Shown: in pieces, positions 18,989 through 29,158 of the stretch | Position numbering within the stretch: position 1 is the first letter of the stretch | How the letters are laid out: each line of letters opens with the position of its first letter | Assembly (NCBI GenBank): GCA_038330145.1 | Contig: JBBQNR010000006.1 | Coordinates: 2,773-66,772 of the forward strand | Reading direction: 5' to 3' | DNA from: Solirubrobacterales bacterium | GTDB taxonomy: Bacteria > Actinomycetota > Thermoleophilia > Solirubrobacterales > JBBDJG01 | Length of the DNA stretch: 64,000 bases | The notes under the pieces: generated by a model | Databases searched by the model: none | What the model saw: only the letters and a program-made list of their open reading frames with translations | What the model was told of the DNA's origin: nothing | Made by a program: the position numbers and the translations under genes

Positions 18989-21148
18989 ATGTCTTCCCTC
19001 ACCCGCTGGGTGCTGGCCCACAAACGCACGGTCGTCATCTCCTGGATCGTGCTCACGATTGCGGGCATCGCCGCCGCCGGCCCGGCCACCGATGCGCTCG
19101 ACCCTGAGTTCTCGGTGCCCAACAAGGAGGGCTGGGAGACCAATGTCGCGATCGCCGATCACTACCGGGGAACCGGCGGCGACACGGCACCGCTGATCCC
19201 GGTGGTCACGCTCCCGAAGGGCCAGACGGTCGACTCTCCCCGCGTTAAGGCCGACCTGGCAAAGGTCGACGCAGGCCTGAAGCGGGCGCTGCCGCAATCC
19301 CGTCTCGCGTCATACGCCTCCACCGGCGATAAGACTTTTGTCTCGGACGATGGCCGCACCACCTTCGCGATCATCTATCCGCAGCCCGACCCGGACTCGG
19401 CGTTCGGAGAGAACCCCAGGGCCGAGAAATCCGCGAGTCGTGCGCTCGACAGCGTTTCGGTTGCTGGCGCACCGGTGCATCTGACCGGCTTCGATGCGCT
19501 GACCGAGGACAGCGGTGCCGGCAATGACGGCCCCGGCGTGCTGATCGAGGCGCTGATCGGCGGCGTTGGCGCGCTGGCGGTGCTCAGCTTCGTGTTCGCA
19601 TCCTTCCTCGCGGTCGTCCCGATCCTGATGGCCGTGGTCTCGATCATGACCACGTTCCTGCTCCTGTTCGGGCTGACGCAACTCACCTCCGTCTCACCGA
19701 TCGTCCAGTTCCTGATCGCTCTGATCGGCCTCGGTGTCTCGATCGACTACTCACTGATCGTCGCCTCGCGCTGGCGGGAGGAACGCTCGCATGGGCGCGT
19801 TGGCGACGAGGCCGTCCAGCGGGCGATGGAGACTGCGGGCCGCGCGGTCGTCTTCAGCGGCATCACGGTCGCGATCGGGCTGCTCGCGCTGATCGCGCTG
19901 CCGCTGCCCTTCCTGCGCTCGATGGGCTACGGCGGCATGCTGATCCCGCTCGTCGCGACGCTGGTTGCGATCACGCTGTTGCCGGTTGTGATGGCGAAGC
20001 TTGGTTCGCGCCTGGATTGGCCGCACCGGCGCACCGACGACAAGGCGAGCCGGGCCTGGACCCGCTGGGCGCAGGCAGTCTCACGTCGGCGCTGGGTCGC
20101 AGCCGGCGCCGGGATGGCGGTGGTCCTGGCGCTCGCCTTTGCCGCCACCGACCTGCGGTTCGGCACCTCGGACGCCAACACGATTGCGACGTCGGGCGAT
20201 TCCAAGGACGGGTTGGTCGCGCTCGAGAAGGCCGGGATCGGGGAGGGCTCGCTGCTTCCCCACGAGATCCTGATCGAGGGCGGCACCGACCCGAACAGCG
20301 TCGCCGCCGCGCTCAAGAAAGTCGACGGGATCCAGGGGGCGGTCGCTCCCAAGAGCACTGAATGGAGGCGCGACGGTACGGCGATCGTCGAGGCGATCCC
20401 GGTCCCGGACAGCGGATCCGACCAGGGCGGCGCGACGTTGGACAGTGTGCGCGATACCGCACACGCGGCGGGTACGGACGTCCGCGTCGGCGGCCAGCCT
20501 GCGGCCAACGACGACTTTGTCAAAGCTGTCTACGGCAGCTTTCCGCTCATGATCGCGTTGATCACGATCACCACCTTCATCCTGCTCGCGCGCGCCTTCC
20601 GCTCGCTGCTGCTGCCGGCGAAGGCGATCGTGCTCAATGTCCTCAGCGTCGCCGCCGCTTGGGGCGTGTTGGTTCTGGTCTGGCAGAACGGCCACGGCTC
20701 GGAGCTGCTCTTCGGTGTGCAGGCGACCGGCTCGATCCCCTCATGGATGCCGCTGATGATCTTCGCCTTCCTGTTCGGACTGTCGATGGACTACGAAGTC
20801 TTCATCCTGTCGCGGATGCGCGAGGAGTACGACCGCACGGGATCGACCGAGGCCGCGGTCGTGCAGGGAATCGGGCGCACCGGGCGGCTGGTAACCAGCG
20901 CCGCGCTGATCCTCTTCCTCACGTTCATCGCGATGGCCTCCGGCCCCGGAACCGATCTGAAGATATTCGCGACCGGGTTGGCGGCCGGGATCCTGCTGGA
21001 CGCGACGGTGATCCGGGCGCTGATCGTGCCGGCGGTGATCTCGCTCATGGGGCGCTGGAACTGGTGGCTGCCGGCATGGCCGGCCCGGCTGCTGCGGGTC
21101 GAACCCTCACTGCCGCCGCGCGCGGCGAGCGAGGCGAAGGCGGGCTGA
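18989..21148 (+). CDS. MMPL (RND-superfamily) transporter
   Basis: GLGVSIDYSL, TAGRAVVFSG, FGLSMDYEVFILSR, TGRLVTSAA, LDATVIR, NWWLP. Confidence 0.93.
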   Translation: MSSLTRWVLAHKRTVVISWIVLTIAGIAAAGPATDALDPEFSVPNKEGWETNVAIADHYRGTGGDTAPLIPVVTLPKGQTVDSPRVKADLAKVDAGLKRALPQSRLASYASTGDKTFVSDDGRTTFAIIYPQPDPDSAFGENPRAEKSASRALDSVSVAGAPVHLTGFDALTEDSGAGNDGPGVLIEALIGGVGALAVLSFVFASFLAVVPILMAVVSIMTTFLLLFGLTQLTSVSPIVQFLIALIGLGVSIDYSLIVASRWREERSHGRVGDEAVQRAMETAGRAVVFSGITVAIGLLALIALPLPFLRSMGYGGMLIPLVATLVAITLLPVVMAKLGSRLDWPHRRTDDKASRAWTRWAQAVSRRRWVAAGAGMAVVLALAFAATDLRFGTSDANTIATSGDSKDGLVALEKAGIGEGSLLPHEILIEGGTDPNSVAAALKKVDGIQGAVAPKSTEWRRDGTAIVEAIPVPDSGSDQGGATLDSVRDTAHAAGTDVRVGGQPAANDDFVKAVYGSFPLMIALITITTFILLARAFRSLLLPAKAIVLNVLSVAAAWGVLVLVWQNGHGSELLFGVQATGSIPSWMPLMIFAFLFGLSMDYEVFILSRMREEYDRTGSTEAAVVQGIGRTGRLVTSAALILFLTFIAMASGPGTDLKIFATGLAAGILLDATVIRALIVPAVISLMGRWNWWLPAWPARLLRVEPSLPPRAASEAKAG

Positions 21149-21329
21149 CCGGGACGAAGACGCGCAACCGCGCGCTTAACTCATGCACGGGTCAAATCCG
21201 GGGCAGGCTCGATTCCTACCTCCGCGGCCGACTCTAGCCGAACCGTTCGTCTGCCCACCATCGCGCAATGCCTCTTCGGGGCGGCGCCGGCGGGGTGCTT
21301 CCCGTGTCGATGCGGGCTACGATCGCCAC

Positions 21330-21638
21330 GTGGCCGCTCGACGTGTGCTGCTGGTGGCGATCGCAAGCGGGTTGCTCGCGTGGTCGCCCGGCGCGAGCGC
21401 TCAAGGACCCGCGATCTCTGGTGTCCTGATCTCCCACTGCATCAACGTCGACGGCACCGGCAGCTTGATCGCCAACCCGGTTCCCCCCCGGGGGGGGTCG
21501 GATCGATCGGCTGGGAGGCCTGCCCGGCCGGTGGCGCCTGCTCGCCGGTTGCGTCCGATTCGCGAGGACCGTGACGCGTCGTGTTACGTTGCCGGAGCGC
21601 TGGAAACCTCTCCGGGCACGCTGATCGTGCGCCTTTAG
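21330..21638 (+). pseudogene. Probable degraded secreted-protein gene
   Basis: Signal-peptide-like start after TACGAT; plausible coding shifts frame at the C7G8 run (21483-21497). Confidence 0.35.
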
Positions 21639-21671
21639 GAGCAACGGGCGGCAGCCTCTGGCGCGAGTACG

Positions 21672-23453
21672 ATGTCCGGCTCGATGGCCCCCGAGAGCCA
21701 CAGGCGCGGGCGCCGCGCGGGCCTACTCGCGATCCTCGCCGTCGCTGTGGCCTGGGCGTTCGTCATCCAGGCGTCCGGGTGGGCGCAGACCGCGAACTTC
21801 GCGCTCGTTCGCGCGCTGGCGCACGGCACCCCGGAGATCGACCGCTACCACTGGGAGACCCGGGACAAGTCCTACTTCGAGGGCCACTATTACTCGGTCA
21901 AGGCGCCGGGGCTGCCGCTGCTGACCCTGCCTCTATACGAGACGCTCGACGCCGCGGGAGCGCAGAGCCTTTCGCGCAGGGCCTCCCACAACGCGGACGT
22001 CCACGGCGCCGGACGCTGGGTGCAGGGCGGCCCGCCGCGCGGCAACTACGGGTATAGCCAAGCGCGGGCGCAGCAGGTGCGGGGGGAGATCAACAACGCC
22101 ACACCGATGATCTGGGCGCTTGGCCTGCTCGGCGTGGTGGCGCCCGCCGCCCTGCTGCTGCTGCTGGTGCGGGCGCTCGCGGAGCGGATCGAGCCCGGGT
22201 ACGGGACGGCCGCCGCGGTGACGCTGGGGCTGGGGACGCTCGTGATGCCGTTCTCGACCCTGTTCTTCTCGCACATCCTGGCGGCGATGCTCGCGTTCGC
22301 GGCTTTCGCGCTTCTGTGGCGAGAGCGGGAAGGGACGCCACGCATGTCGCTTGTCGCCGGGGCCGGCCTGCTCGCCGGCCTGGCCGTTACGACCGAGTAC
22401 CCGCTCGCGATAACTGGCGCGGTCGTCGGCCTCTACGCGATCTCACGCGGCGACGTCGTTCGGCGTGGCGCGGCCTACGCCGCCGGCGTGGTGGTGGGGG
22501 TGATACCGCTCGTGGCCTACAACCTGTGGGCCTTCGGGTCGATCACGCACTCCTCCTACGACGACGCGGTGGCCCTGCAGGGAGCTTCCGGCCATGCCGT
22601 GCTCGGCCTCAACGACGGAGGCTTCTTCGGCATCGGCCAACCAAGTGTCGAGGTTGCCGTGAAATTGCTGTTCTCGGGCCGCGGTCTGCTCACGCTCTGC
22701 CCGGTGCTGGCGCTGGGCGCGATCGGCACGATCGTGCTCTACCGGCGCGGGCGCCGGGCGGAGGCGCTCACGATCGGCGGCGTGGCGCTCGCATACCTGA
22801 TCTACAACTCGGGCTACTGGCTGCCGTTCGGCGGCGGCTCGCCGGGGCCGCGCTTCCTGATCCCGGCGCTGCCCTTCCTGGCCGTGCCGATCGCGATCGC
22901 GTACCGGCGCTTCCCGGCGACCACGCTCGGGCTGGCCGTGCCCTCGGCCCTCCTGATGGTGGCCGGGACCACGACGCTGCCGCTGATCGGCGATGGCGAC
23001 ATCGGGGCCTGGGGACACCTCCTCAACGTGGGGATCTTCCAGCACACGATCGTGTCCGTGCTCGGCGGCGACAACAGCTGGCCGGCACTGCTGCCGGTGC
23101 TGGCGGCGATCGCCGCCGCGGTGGCGCTGGCCGCCGCCGTGACCCCTCGCCTGCGGGTCGCGCGCGATGCGCCAATGGCTGTCGCGGTGCTCGGGTCGTG
23201 GGCGCTCGTGGCCAGTCTCGTGCCTCGCGCCCTGGTCGAGGCCCCGGGCAAGGGACCGAGCGACGGTGCGACGGCGATGATCGTGGCCTGCGCGCTCGCC
23301 GGCCTCGTCACGCTCGGGGCGGTGGCTCTTGCACAGCGCCGCCTGCCTCGAGAGCCGCGCCTAGTCGCGCCGCCCCCCGCGCGCCTGGGCCGCTTCAGAC
23401 GGCCGCTCGCCGGCGACGCCTCATCGCAGCCCGAGGTCGTAGAGCACAACTGA
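21672..23453 (+). CDS. Multi-pass membrane protein, GT-C glycosyltransferase-like
   Basis: DKSYFEGHYYSVKAPG, FGGGSPGPRFLIP, many TM helices. Confidence 0.65.
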   Translation: MSGSMAPESHRRGRRAGLLAILAVAVAWAFVIQASGWAQTANFALVRALAHGTPEIDRYHWETRDKSYFEGHYYSVKAPGLPLLTLPLYETLDAAGAQSLSRRASHNADVHGAGRWVQGGPPRGNYGYSQARAQQVRGEINNATPMIWALGLLGVVAPAALLLLLVRALAERIEPGYGTAAAVTLGLGTLVMPFSTLFFSHILAAMLAFAAFALLWREREGTPRMSLVAGAGLLAGLAVTTEYPLAITGAVVGLYAISRGDVVRRGAAYAAGVVVGVIPLVAYNLWAFGSITHSSYDDAVALQGASGHAVLGLNDGGFFGIGQPSVEVAVKLLFSGRGLLTLCPVLALGAIGTIVLYRRGRRAEALTIGGVALAYLIYNSGYWLPFGGGSPGPRFLIPALPFLAVPIAIAYRRFPATTLGLAVPSALLMVAGTTTLPLIGDGDIGAWGHLLNVGIFQHTIVSVLGGDNSWPALLPVLAAIAAAVALAAAVTPRLRVARDAPMAVAVLGSWALVASLVPRALVEAPGKGPSDGATAMIVACALAGLVTLGAVALAQRRLPREPRLVAPPPARLGRFRRPLAGDASSQPEVVEHN

Positions 23454-25121
23454 GCCACTGCGCGCGCGCCGGACTCCAAGGCCGGCGATGGGCCGTCGGT
23501 CGGCGCCCTGCCAGGGACTGCCGTCGGCCAGAGGGGGATGAAAGACCACCGTGCGCACGCCGAGCGTCCGCAGGCGCGCCACGCTGCCTGCGTCGGGAAA
23601 GCGCTCCACGTCGCGCGCCAGGTGCACGAACTGTCTCGGAACGAAGCTGCCGCGCCCGTTGACGATCTGCGCGAAACCCTCGCTTGACCACAGCACGTAA
23701 CGGCGGTTGGCGGGCACCGTGATCGGCAGGTGCAGCTGCGGCGCGGGTGCGCCCAGCTGGCCAGCTGGCGGTTTCGGCACCGGCGGGTGTGCCGGCGCAG
23801 CGATCAGACTGTCCGTGCGCCCGAGGCCGAATCCCGACCCTTCGATCACCACCGCGGCGACGAGCAGTGCCGCGACCGCGACCCCCGCGCTTGGACGGCG
23901 TCGCGACGCTGCCGCATCGACCAGCCGCTGCGCTCCCGCGGCCGCAAGCAGCGCGAGCGCCAGCGACGTCAGCGTCATGATGCGCCCGGGCACGCGGATC
24001 CCGCTCCATCCCGGACCGAGCTCGTAGAGCCAGCGGTAGGGATAGAGGAACGCCACCGGATCGTGAAAGCCGAGCGACAGCACGGCGAGCACCAGCGCCG
24101 CGAGCCCGAGCCCGAGCCGCAGCCGTCGCGGAAATGTCAGTGATCCGAGGCCCGCGAGAGCAAGCGCCAGGATCGCGACGCCTGGGAAGAGGGTCTGCTC
24201 GGGCACCGAGGAGAGCCCGTCGCGGATCGGCTCCGTCGCCGCGCCCCAGACCAGGTTCTGCTCCGGTGCGGCGAGGAACTGCTGAACCGGCCCGGAAAGG
24301 CCCTCCACCTGGGCCGTCGTGCGGTGCGCTTCGGGATGGTCGTCGAGCACCTGCATGTACGGTCGCGCGAGCAGCACGGCCGCCAGCAGCACGACGGCAA
24401 CGCCGGCGGCGCTTGGTAGGAGCAGAGAGCGGGGCAGAGGTTGCCGCGGTCGTTGTCTGAGCCAGGGCACGAACACGATCAGGCCGATCGCCGCGAGCAG
24501 GTAGCCGAGCTGCAGGCCGAGCGTGAAGCCGAGCGTCACCTGCCAGGCCGCCACGAGCCAGCCCGCCAGCACCGTGACCGGCGCACGCCCGCGATAACCA
24601 CGCACGAGCAGGAACAGCGACAGCGGGATGCCGCCGCTAGAGAGCACGTGCAGGTGGCCGTCCTGCTCGAGCCGCCAGGGCGCGTAGGCGAACGCTGCTC
24701 CCGCAACCGCGGCGCCGGCTCGGCCCGTGCCAAGCTGCCGCGCGAGCAGGTACGCGCCGGCGAACGCCAGCGCATAGGAGAACAGGAACAGCAGGTTGTA
24801 GCGAGCAATCGCCGCCTCGAACCCGTTTCCGACCAGCCCGGCGGGCGCATAGCCGGCGAGCGCGTCCGAGAAGGCGAGGCTGTTCCGCAGCGGCCAGAAG
24901 GTGTTGGCCTGGAAGTAGTCGAGCGGCTGGTGGCCGAGCGCGTGGCCGCCCCAGGCAACCTCCCAGGCCTGCACGAGGGGGTCGCCGGTATCGCGCGACA
25001 CCTGCGAGGACAGATGGGCCGGCAGCGGCCAGTGCATGAGCGCCGCCAGGGCACAGGCCGCGAGCACCATCACGGCGACCTCGCGGGCGGTGAGCGATCG
25101 AGATTGGCCCGGCGCCTTCAA
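23421..25121 (-). CDS. Multi-pass membrane protein, GT-C/YfhO-like
   Basis: GDPLVQAW, NSLAFSD, AFAYAPWR, IRVPGR; overlaps the convergent gene by 33 nt. Confidence 0.65.
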   Translation of the reverse strand: MKAPGQSRSLTAREVAVMVLAACALAALMHWPLPAHLSSQVSRDTGDPLVQAWEVAWGGHALGHQPLDYFQANTFWPLRNSLAFSDALAGYAPAGLVGNGFEAAIARYNLLFLFSYALAFAGAYLLARQLGTGRAGAAVAGAAFAYAPWRLEQDGHLHVLSSGGIPLSLFLLVRGYRGRAPVTVLAGWLVAAWQVTLGFTLGLQLGYLLAAIGLIVFVPWLRQRPRQPLPRSLLLPSAAGVAVVLLAAVLLARPYMQVLDDHPEAHRTTAQVEGLSGPVQQFLAAPEQNLVWGAATEPIRDGLSSVPEQTLFPGVAILALALAGLGSLTFPRRLRLGLGLAALVLAVLSLGFHDPVAFLYPYRWLYELGPGWSGIRVPGRIMTLTSLALALLAAAGAQRLVDAAASRRRPSAGVAVAALLVAAVVIEGSGFGLGRTDSLIAAPAHPPVPKPPAGQLGAPAPQLHLPITVPANRRYVLWSSEGFAQIVNGRGSFVPRQFVHLARDVERFPDAGSVARLRTLGVRTVVFHPPLADGSPWQGADRRPIAGLGVRRARSGSVVLYDLGLR

Positions 25122-25175
25122 GACCCGGGGATCTTTGCCGGTTTCGGCCCGGCGGACGCAGCTCCGGCGGGCCCC

Positions 25176-25239
25176 CGACTCAGCGAGGCGCCCGCGGCGG
25201 ACGCACTTCAGGCGGCCCGGCGACTCAGCGAGGCGCCCG
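25176..25239. repeat. 19-bp direct repeat cgactcagcgaggcgcccg x2
   Basis: Exact copies at 25176-25194 and 25221-25239. Confidence 0.7.
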
Positions 25240-25922
25240 AGCGCCGGCGAAGTGGAGGCGATCCGTGAGCACGATCAGGCAGTCGGGTGGCGGCGCGTCT
25301 TCGAGCGAGTTGCCGCAGTAGCCGTTGGCGGCGTCAGGGGCGAGAACCTCATATGCCCGCCACTGTCGTAGGAGAACCCGGTCAGGCGCCGGCCGAAGCG
25401 GGCGAGCGCATATCTCTTGGTCCCGAGCGAATATCGGAACGCTCCGAACCTCCCGCGACCGCAACCTACGGGTTCCTGCTAGCAAAAGCGCGCGAAGTAC
25501 AGCGTTGCCCGCCGCAGAGCCGGGACGGAATGCCCGGCAGCTGTTTCGATGGCCGGGACCGGGGCGCGCTCAGCCTACGGGTGCAGATCCGCGGCCTACG
25601 AATCGCGCCGGCGTCTGGTCGCCGTGCCCAAGCGATACGCCCACGACAAATTGTCGGCGCGGTCTCCGACGCGGTTGGCGAGCTCGCGCCGACGATCCTG
25701 GACGCCCTGCCGGCCGACAGCGAGTAGCGATAGAGGTCGCACCCGCGAGGCCGCAGGCCTGTCGAGGCGCAGCGTGAGTAGAAGATCGGACCGGATGGCG
25801 GTCGGGCGCTTCGTCGTCGCTATCTGCGTGTCGGCGCTCGCGCCGGCATCCACGGCCACCGTACCCAGGCCGGCGATGCACGCCGCGGCCACCAATCGAG
25901 CGCGCATCGCGCTCCTCTTCAC
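25225..25922 (-). pseudogene. Fragmented secreted-protein gene
   Basis: Signal peptide MRARLVAAACIAGLGTVAVDAGASA and a Cys-containing tail (YCGNS...PDCLIV) lie in different frames. Confidence 0.4.
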
Positions 25923-26257
25923 CTGAGCTCTCCTTACGGTGCGAACGCTCCCTCCGCTCGAGCTATTCCCTCGTCACCCCGACTATCCACCAGCGGCCGT
26001 GCGTGGCTCTGCCGCTGCTGGCCTGAAGCGGCCGGCTGCCTCCTCCAACCAGGCGATTGCCCCAGACGAGATCGGGTAGGCGAATCAGGAGGCTGGCCTC
26101 GCCGCCCGCCCGCCATATTTTTTCGCGGTCGGGGTGTCGATGTCGGTCCTAGGTCAGGCATGACCGCGCGCAGGCCCGGATCGTGGGAGCCGGGCCTGCG
26201 TCATCTGCATATCCGCCGGTGGGCCCGCCAGGTCGCGCATCTATCCTCAATCGTGCG

Positions 26258-28120
26258 ATGGAGGAGACCGACAGGCTCACAGAAATACGGCGTGACCTGC
26301 CCGACACCCCCGGCGTCTACCTGTTCAAGGACGCCGGCGGCCGCGTGCTCTACGTGGGCAAGGCGAAGTCGATCCGCAAGCGGGTCGCCTCCCATTTCAG
26401 CGGCCGCACGGCCCGGGCAGCCAACGACCTGCTCAGCCGCATCGAGGCGATCGAATTCGTCGGCACCGGCAGCGAGGCCGAGGCTCTGCTGGCCGAGCAG
26501 AACTTCATCAAGCAGCACCGGCCGCCCTTCAACATCCGGCTGCGGGACGACAAGTCCTACCCCTACGTCGGGATCTCGCTCGACGAGGAGTACCCCCGCG
26601 TCTACTTCACGCGTGAGCGGCACCGCCCCGGCCGGGTCTACTTCGGCCCCTTCTCGAGCGCCAAGCGGGTGCGGGAAACGCTCGACCTGCTGGGCCGGCT
26701 GTTCCCTTACCGGACCTGTGAGGGGCCGGAGCCCGGCCGCGCCTCCGGCAACCCCTGCCTGGACTACTACATAAAGCGCTGCCAGGCGCCCTGTGTCGGC
26801 TACATCTCGCGGGAGGGATACCGCGCCAACATCGACGCGATCATCGACTTCCTCTCGGGGCGGTACAGGCATATAGAGAGGGAGCTGGAGCAGTCGATGG
26901 CGACCGCCGCCGCTGAGCAGGAGTTCGAGCAGGCCGCGATCTTCCGCAACCGGCTGCGCGCGGTGCGCTCGCTGTTCCAGCGCCAGCGGGTGGCGAACGA
27001 GTCCGTCGGCACGCTCGACGTGATCACCGTCGCGCTGGAGGGCACGGACGCCAACGCTCAGGTGTTCCAGGTGCGCGACGGCGTGCTCGCCGACCGTCAG
27101 AGCTTCTACCTCGAGAACCGCGCCGGACGCAACGAGGACGAGGTGGTCGAGGAGTTCGCGCTCCAGTACTACGCGACGTCGCTGTCTATACCGGCCGAGA
27201 TAGTGGGACCGGCTTCGCTCACCGAGGCGGAGGGCCTGGTCGAAGCGCTCGAGCAGCGTCGCGACGGCCCGGTCGAGATCCGTCACGCTCGTCGCGGCGA
27301 CAAGCGGCGCATCTTCGAGCTCGCGCAGCGCAATGCCCGGCTGGCGCTCGAGCAGGACAAGCTGCGCAGCCAGCGCCGCCGCCAGCAGCGCGTCAACGCG
27401 CTGGACGAGTTGCGTGAGCTGCTCGGCATGGAGTCGCTGCCGGTGCGAATCGAATGCTTCGACGTCTCGAATCTCGGTTCCACGCATCCGGTCGCGTCGA
27501 TGGTCGTGTTCGAGGGCGGCGCTCCCAAGAAGTCCGACTACCGCCGCTTCAAGGTTCGTGGGCTGAACGGGCGCCAGAACGACTTCGCCGCCATCGAGGA
27601 GGTGCTGGCGCGTCGCATGGCTCAGTACCTGGAGCAGAAGGAGCGCTCACCTCACGACTCGGCATACGACGCCAGCTTCGCGGCGCTGCCCGGCTTGATC
27701 GTGATCGACGGCGGCCGCGGTCAGCTCTCCAGCGGGCTGAGGTCGCTGGAGCGCTTTCGGGAAGAGGGCGTCATGGTGGCGGGCCTGGCCAAGCGGCTGG
27801 AGGAACTATTCGTGGCGGGACGCGGCCGGCCGATCGTGCTTCCGCGCGTATCGGTGGCGCTCCAGCTGCTCCAGCGTCTGCGCGACGAGGCGCACCGTTT
27901 CGCCGTCGACCATCATCGGATCCGGCGGGACCGTTCGATGAAAACCTCGATCCTCGATGAGCTGCCGGGGATCGGGCCCGCCCGCAAGCGGACGCTGCTG
28001 CGGCACTTCGGTTCGCCGGAACGGTTCATGGGTGCCACGCGCGAAGAGCTCGAGGCTGTCCCGGGCCTGCCGGGCAAGGTGGCGCGACGCCTGCACGAGC
28101 AGCTGCATCGCACCGGCTAG
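26258..28120 (+). CDS. uvrC: Excinuclease ABC subunit C
   Basis: GIY-YIG PGVYLF...YVGKAKS, RDDKSYPY, RIECFDVSN, IDGGRGQ, RDEAHRFA, HhH PGIGP. Confidence 0.97.
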   Translation: MEETDRLTEIRRDLPDTPGVYLFKDAGGRVLYVGKAKSIRKRVASHFSGRTARAANDLLSRIEAIEFVGTGSEAEALLAEQNFIKQHRPPFNIRLRDDKSYPYVGISLDEEYPRVYFTRERHRPGRVYFGPFSSAKRVRETLDLLGRLFPYRTCEGPEPGRASGNPCLDYYIKRCQAPCVGYISREGYRANIDAIIDFLSGRYRHIERELEQSMATAAAEQEFEQAAIFRNRLRAVRSLFQRQRVANESVGTLDVITVALEGTDANAQVFQVRDGVLADRQSFYLENRAGRNEDEVVEEFALQYYATSLSIPAEIVGPASLTEAEGLVEALEQRRDGPVEIRHARRGDKRRIFELAQRNARLALEQDKLRSQRRRQQRVNALDELRELLGMESLPVRIECFDVSNLGSTHPVASMVVFEGGAPKKSDYRRFKVRGLNGRQNDFAAIEEVLARRMAQYLEQKERSPHDSAYDASFAALPGLIVIDGGRGQLSSGLRSLERFREEGVMVAGLAKRLEELFVAGRGRPIVLPRVSVALQLLQRLRDEAHRFAVDHHRIRRDRSMKTSILDELPGIGPARKRTLLRHFGSPERFMGATREELEAVPGLPGKVARRLHEQLHRTG

Positions 28121-28288
28121 CGTCGGGCCGAGAAGCGGCTTCAGAATCGCAAAAATGCCGCTCGCAGCTTAATTTGCGCTTAACCGCCAACCGGTTATAC
28201 GCTTGATCACAAGTCGTTAAGATGGCCGCGGAAGGCCGGTGGCCCCCTGCGGGTGCCGGGGTCTAGTGGACGGAGGAGAGACATTTCT

Positions 28289-29038
28289 ATGCCTAAGTTC
28301 GTAATAGCAGCGCTTGGCCTGCTGGCCACGCTCGCGATGGCGGCTGCGGTCGCCCAGGGAGATCCCGTGACGAGTCCGGGCGGCCAAACCCAGACGCTCG
28401 ACATCAAGCAGAGCTCTACAAAGCCCAAGAAGGGCTTCAAGGTGACCGTCACGCTCTCGATCACCTGCGCCGCCGACAAGCAGTGCCAGCCAGCGCCTGC
28501 CCCGATCGGCAAGGCCTCGCCGGTGCTGAACACGGTCGTGAACCTGCCCAAGGGCACCAAGCTCGGCTACAAGTCCTTTGCGACCTGCGACCCGAAGAAG
28601 CTAGAGAAGAGCGGCGTAAAGGGTTGCTCCAAGAAGGCTCGGGTAGGCAAGGGCACGCTGACCGCTGACGGTCGCCCCGTCGTCGAGGCGCCCGTGCAGG
28701 GCACCGTGACGGCCTTCAACGGCACCCACAAGCGCTACCTGCTCTACGTGATCCCGGAGCTGAGCTCGCCGCTGGTCCTGGTGGGCAAGCTGAGCGGCAC
28801 CAAGCTGTCGATTCCGGTCCCGCCGGTTCCGACTCTGCCAGGCCAGCCGGGCGCCACGCTGACCAAGTTCCAGGTCAACACCGGCGGCACGGTCACGGTG
28901 AAGAAGGGCGGCAAGAAGAAGAAGATCAACTACCTACAGAACGGAAGTAGGTGCCCGAAGGGCGGGCGCCTGTGGAAGTTCGACTTCAGCTACGAGAACG
29001 GCGAGAAGTTGTCGCCAACAGACACTGTTTCGTGCTAG
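28289..29038 (+). CDS. Secreted Lys-rich hypothetical protein (paralog of 46498-47250)
   Basis: Signal peptide, GGAGGAG upstream, six Cys; shares PELSSPL and PTLPGQP with the paralog. Confidence 0.8.
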   Translation: MPKFVIAALGLLATLAMAAAVAQGDPVTSPGGQTQTLDIKQSSTKPKKGFKVTVTLSITCAADKQCQPAPAPIGKASPVLNTVVNLPKGTKLGYKSFATCDPKKLEKSGVKGCSKKARVGKGTLTADGRPVVEAPVQGTVTAFNGTHKRYLLYVIPELSSPLVLVGKLSGTKLSIPVPPVPTLPGQPGATLTKFQVNTGGTVTVKKGGKKKKINYLQNGSRCPKGGRLWKFDFSYENGEKLSPTDTVSC

Positions 29039-29063
29039 GTACGTAACGGCGAAGTAGACCTGC

Positions 29064-29091
29064 GAGGGGCGGCCGCGGACGGCCGCCCCTC
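29064..29091 (+). terminator. GC-rich hairpin (terminator or processing site)
   Basis: gaggggcggccg-cgga-cggccgcccctc, 12-bp stem; no clear U tract. Confidence 0.6.
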
Positions 29092-29158
29092 TGGGTCGTT
29101 AGGGGAGTAGGGGCGGAATCCCACGACAAGGGTCAAATAGGACAAGGGGACGGAGAGG

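Noticed and set aside
25930-26250. Riboswitch or ncRNA upstream of uvrC; also considered 28220-28285 and 6400-6560
   Set aside because: No recognisable conserved riboswitch motifs by eye; an Infernal search would be needed.
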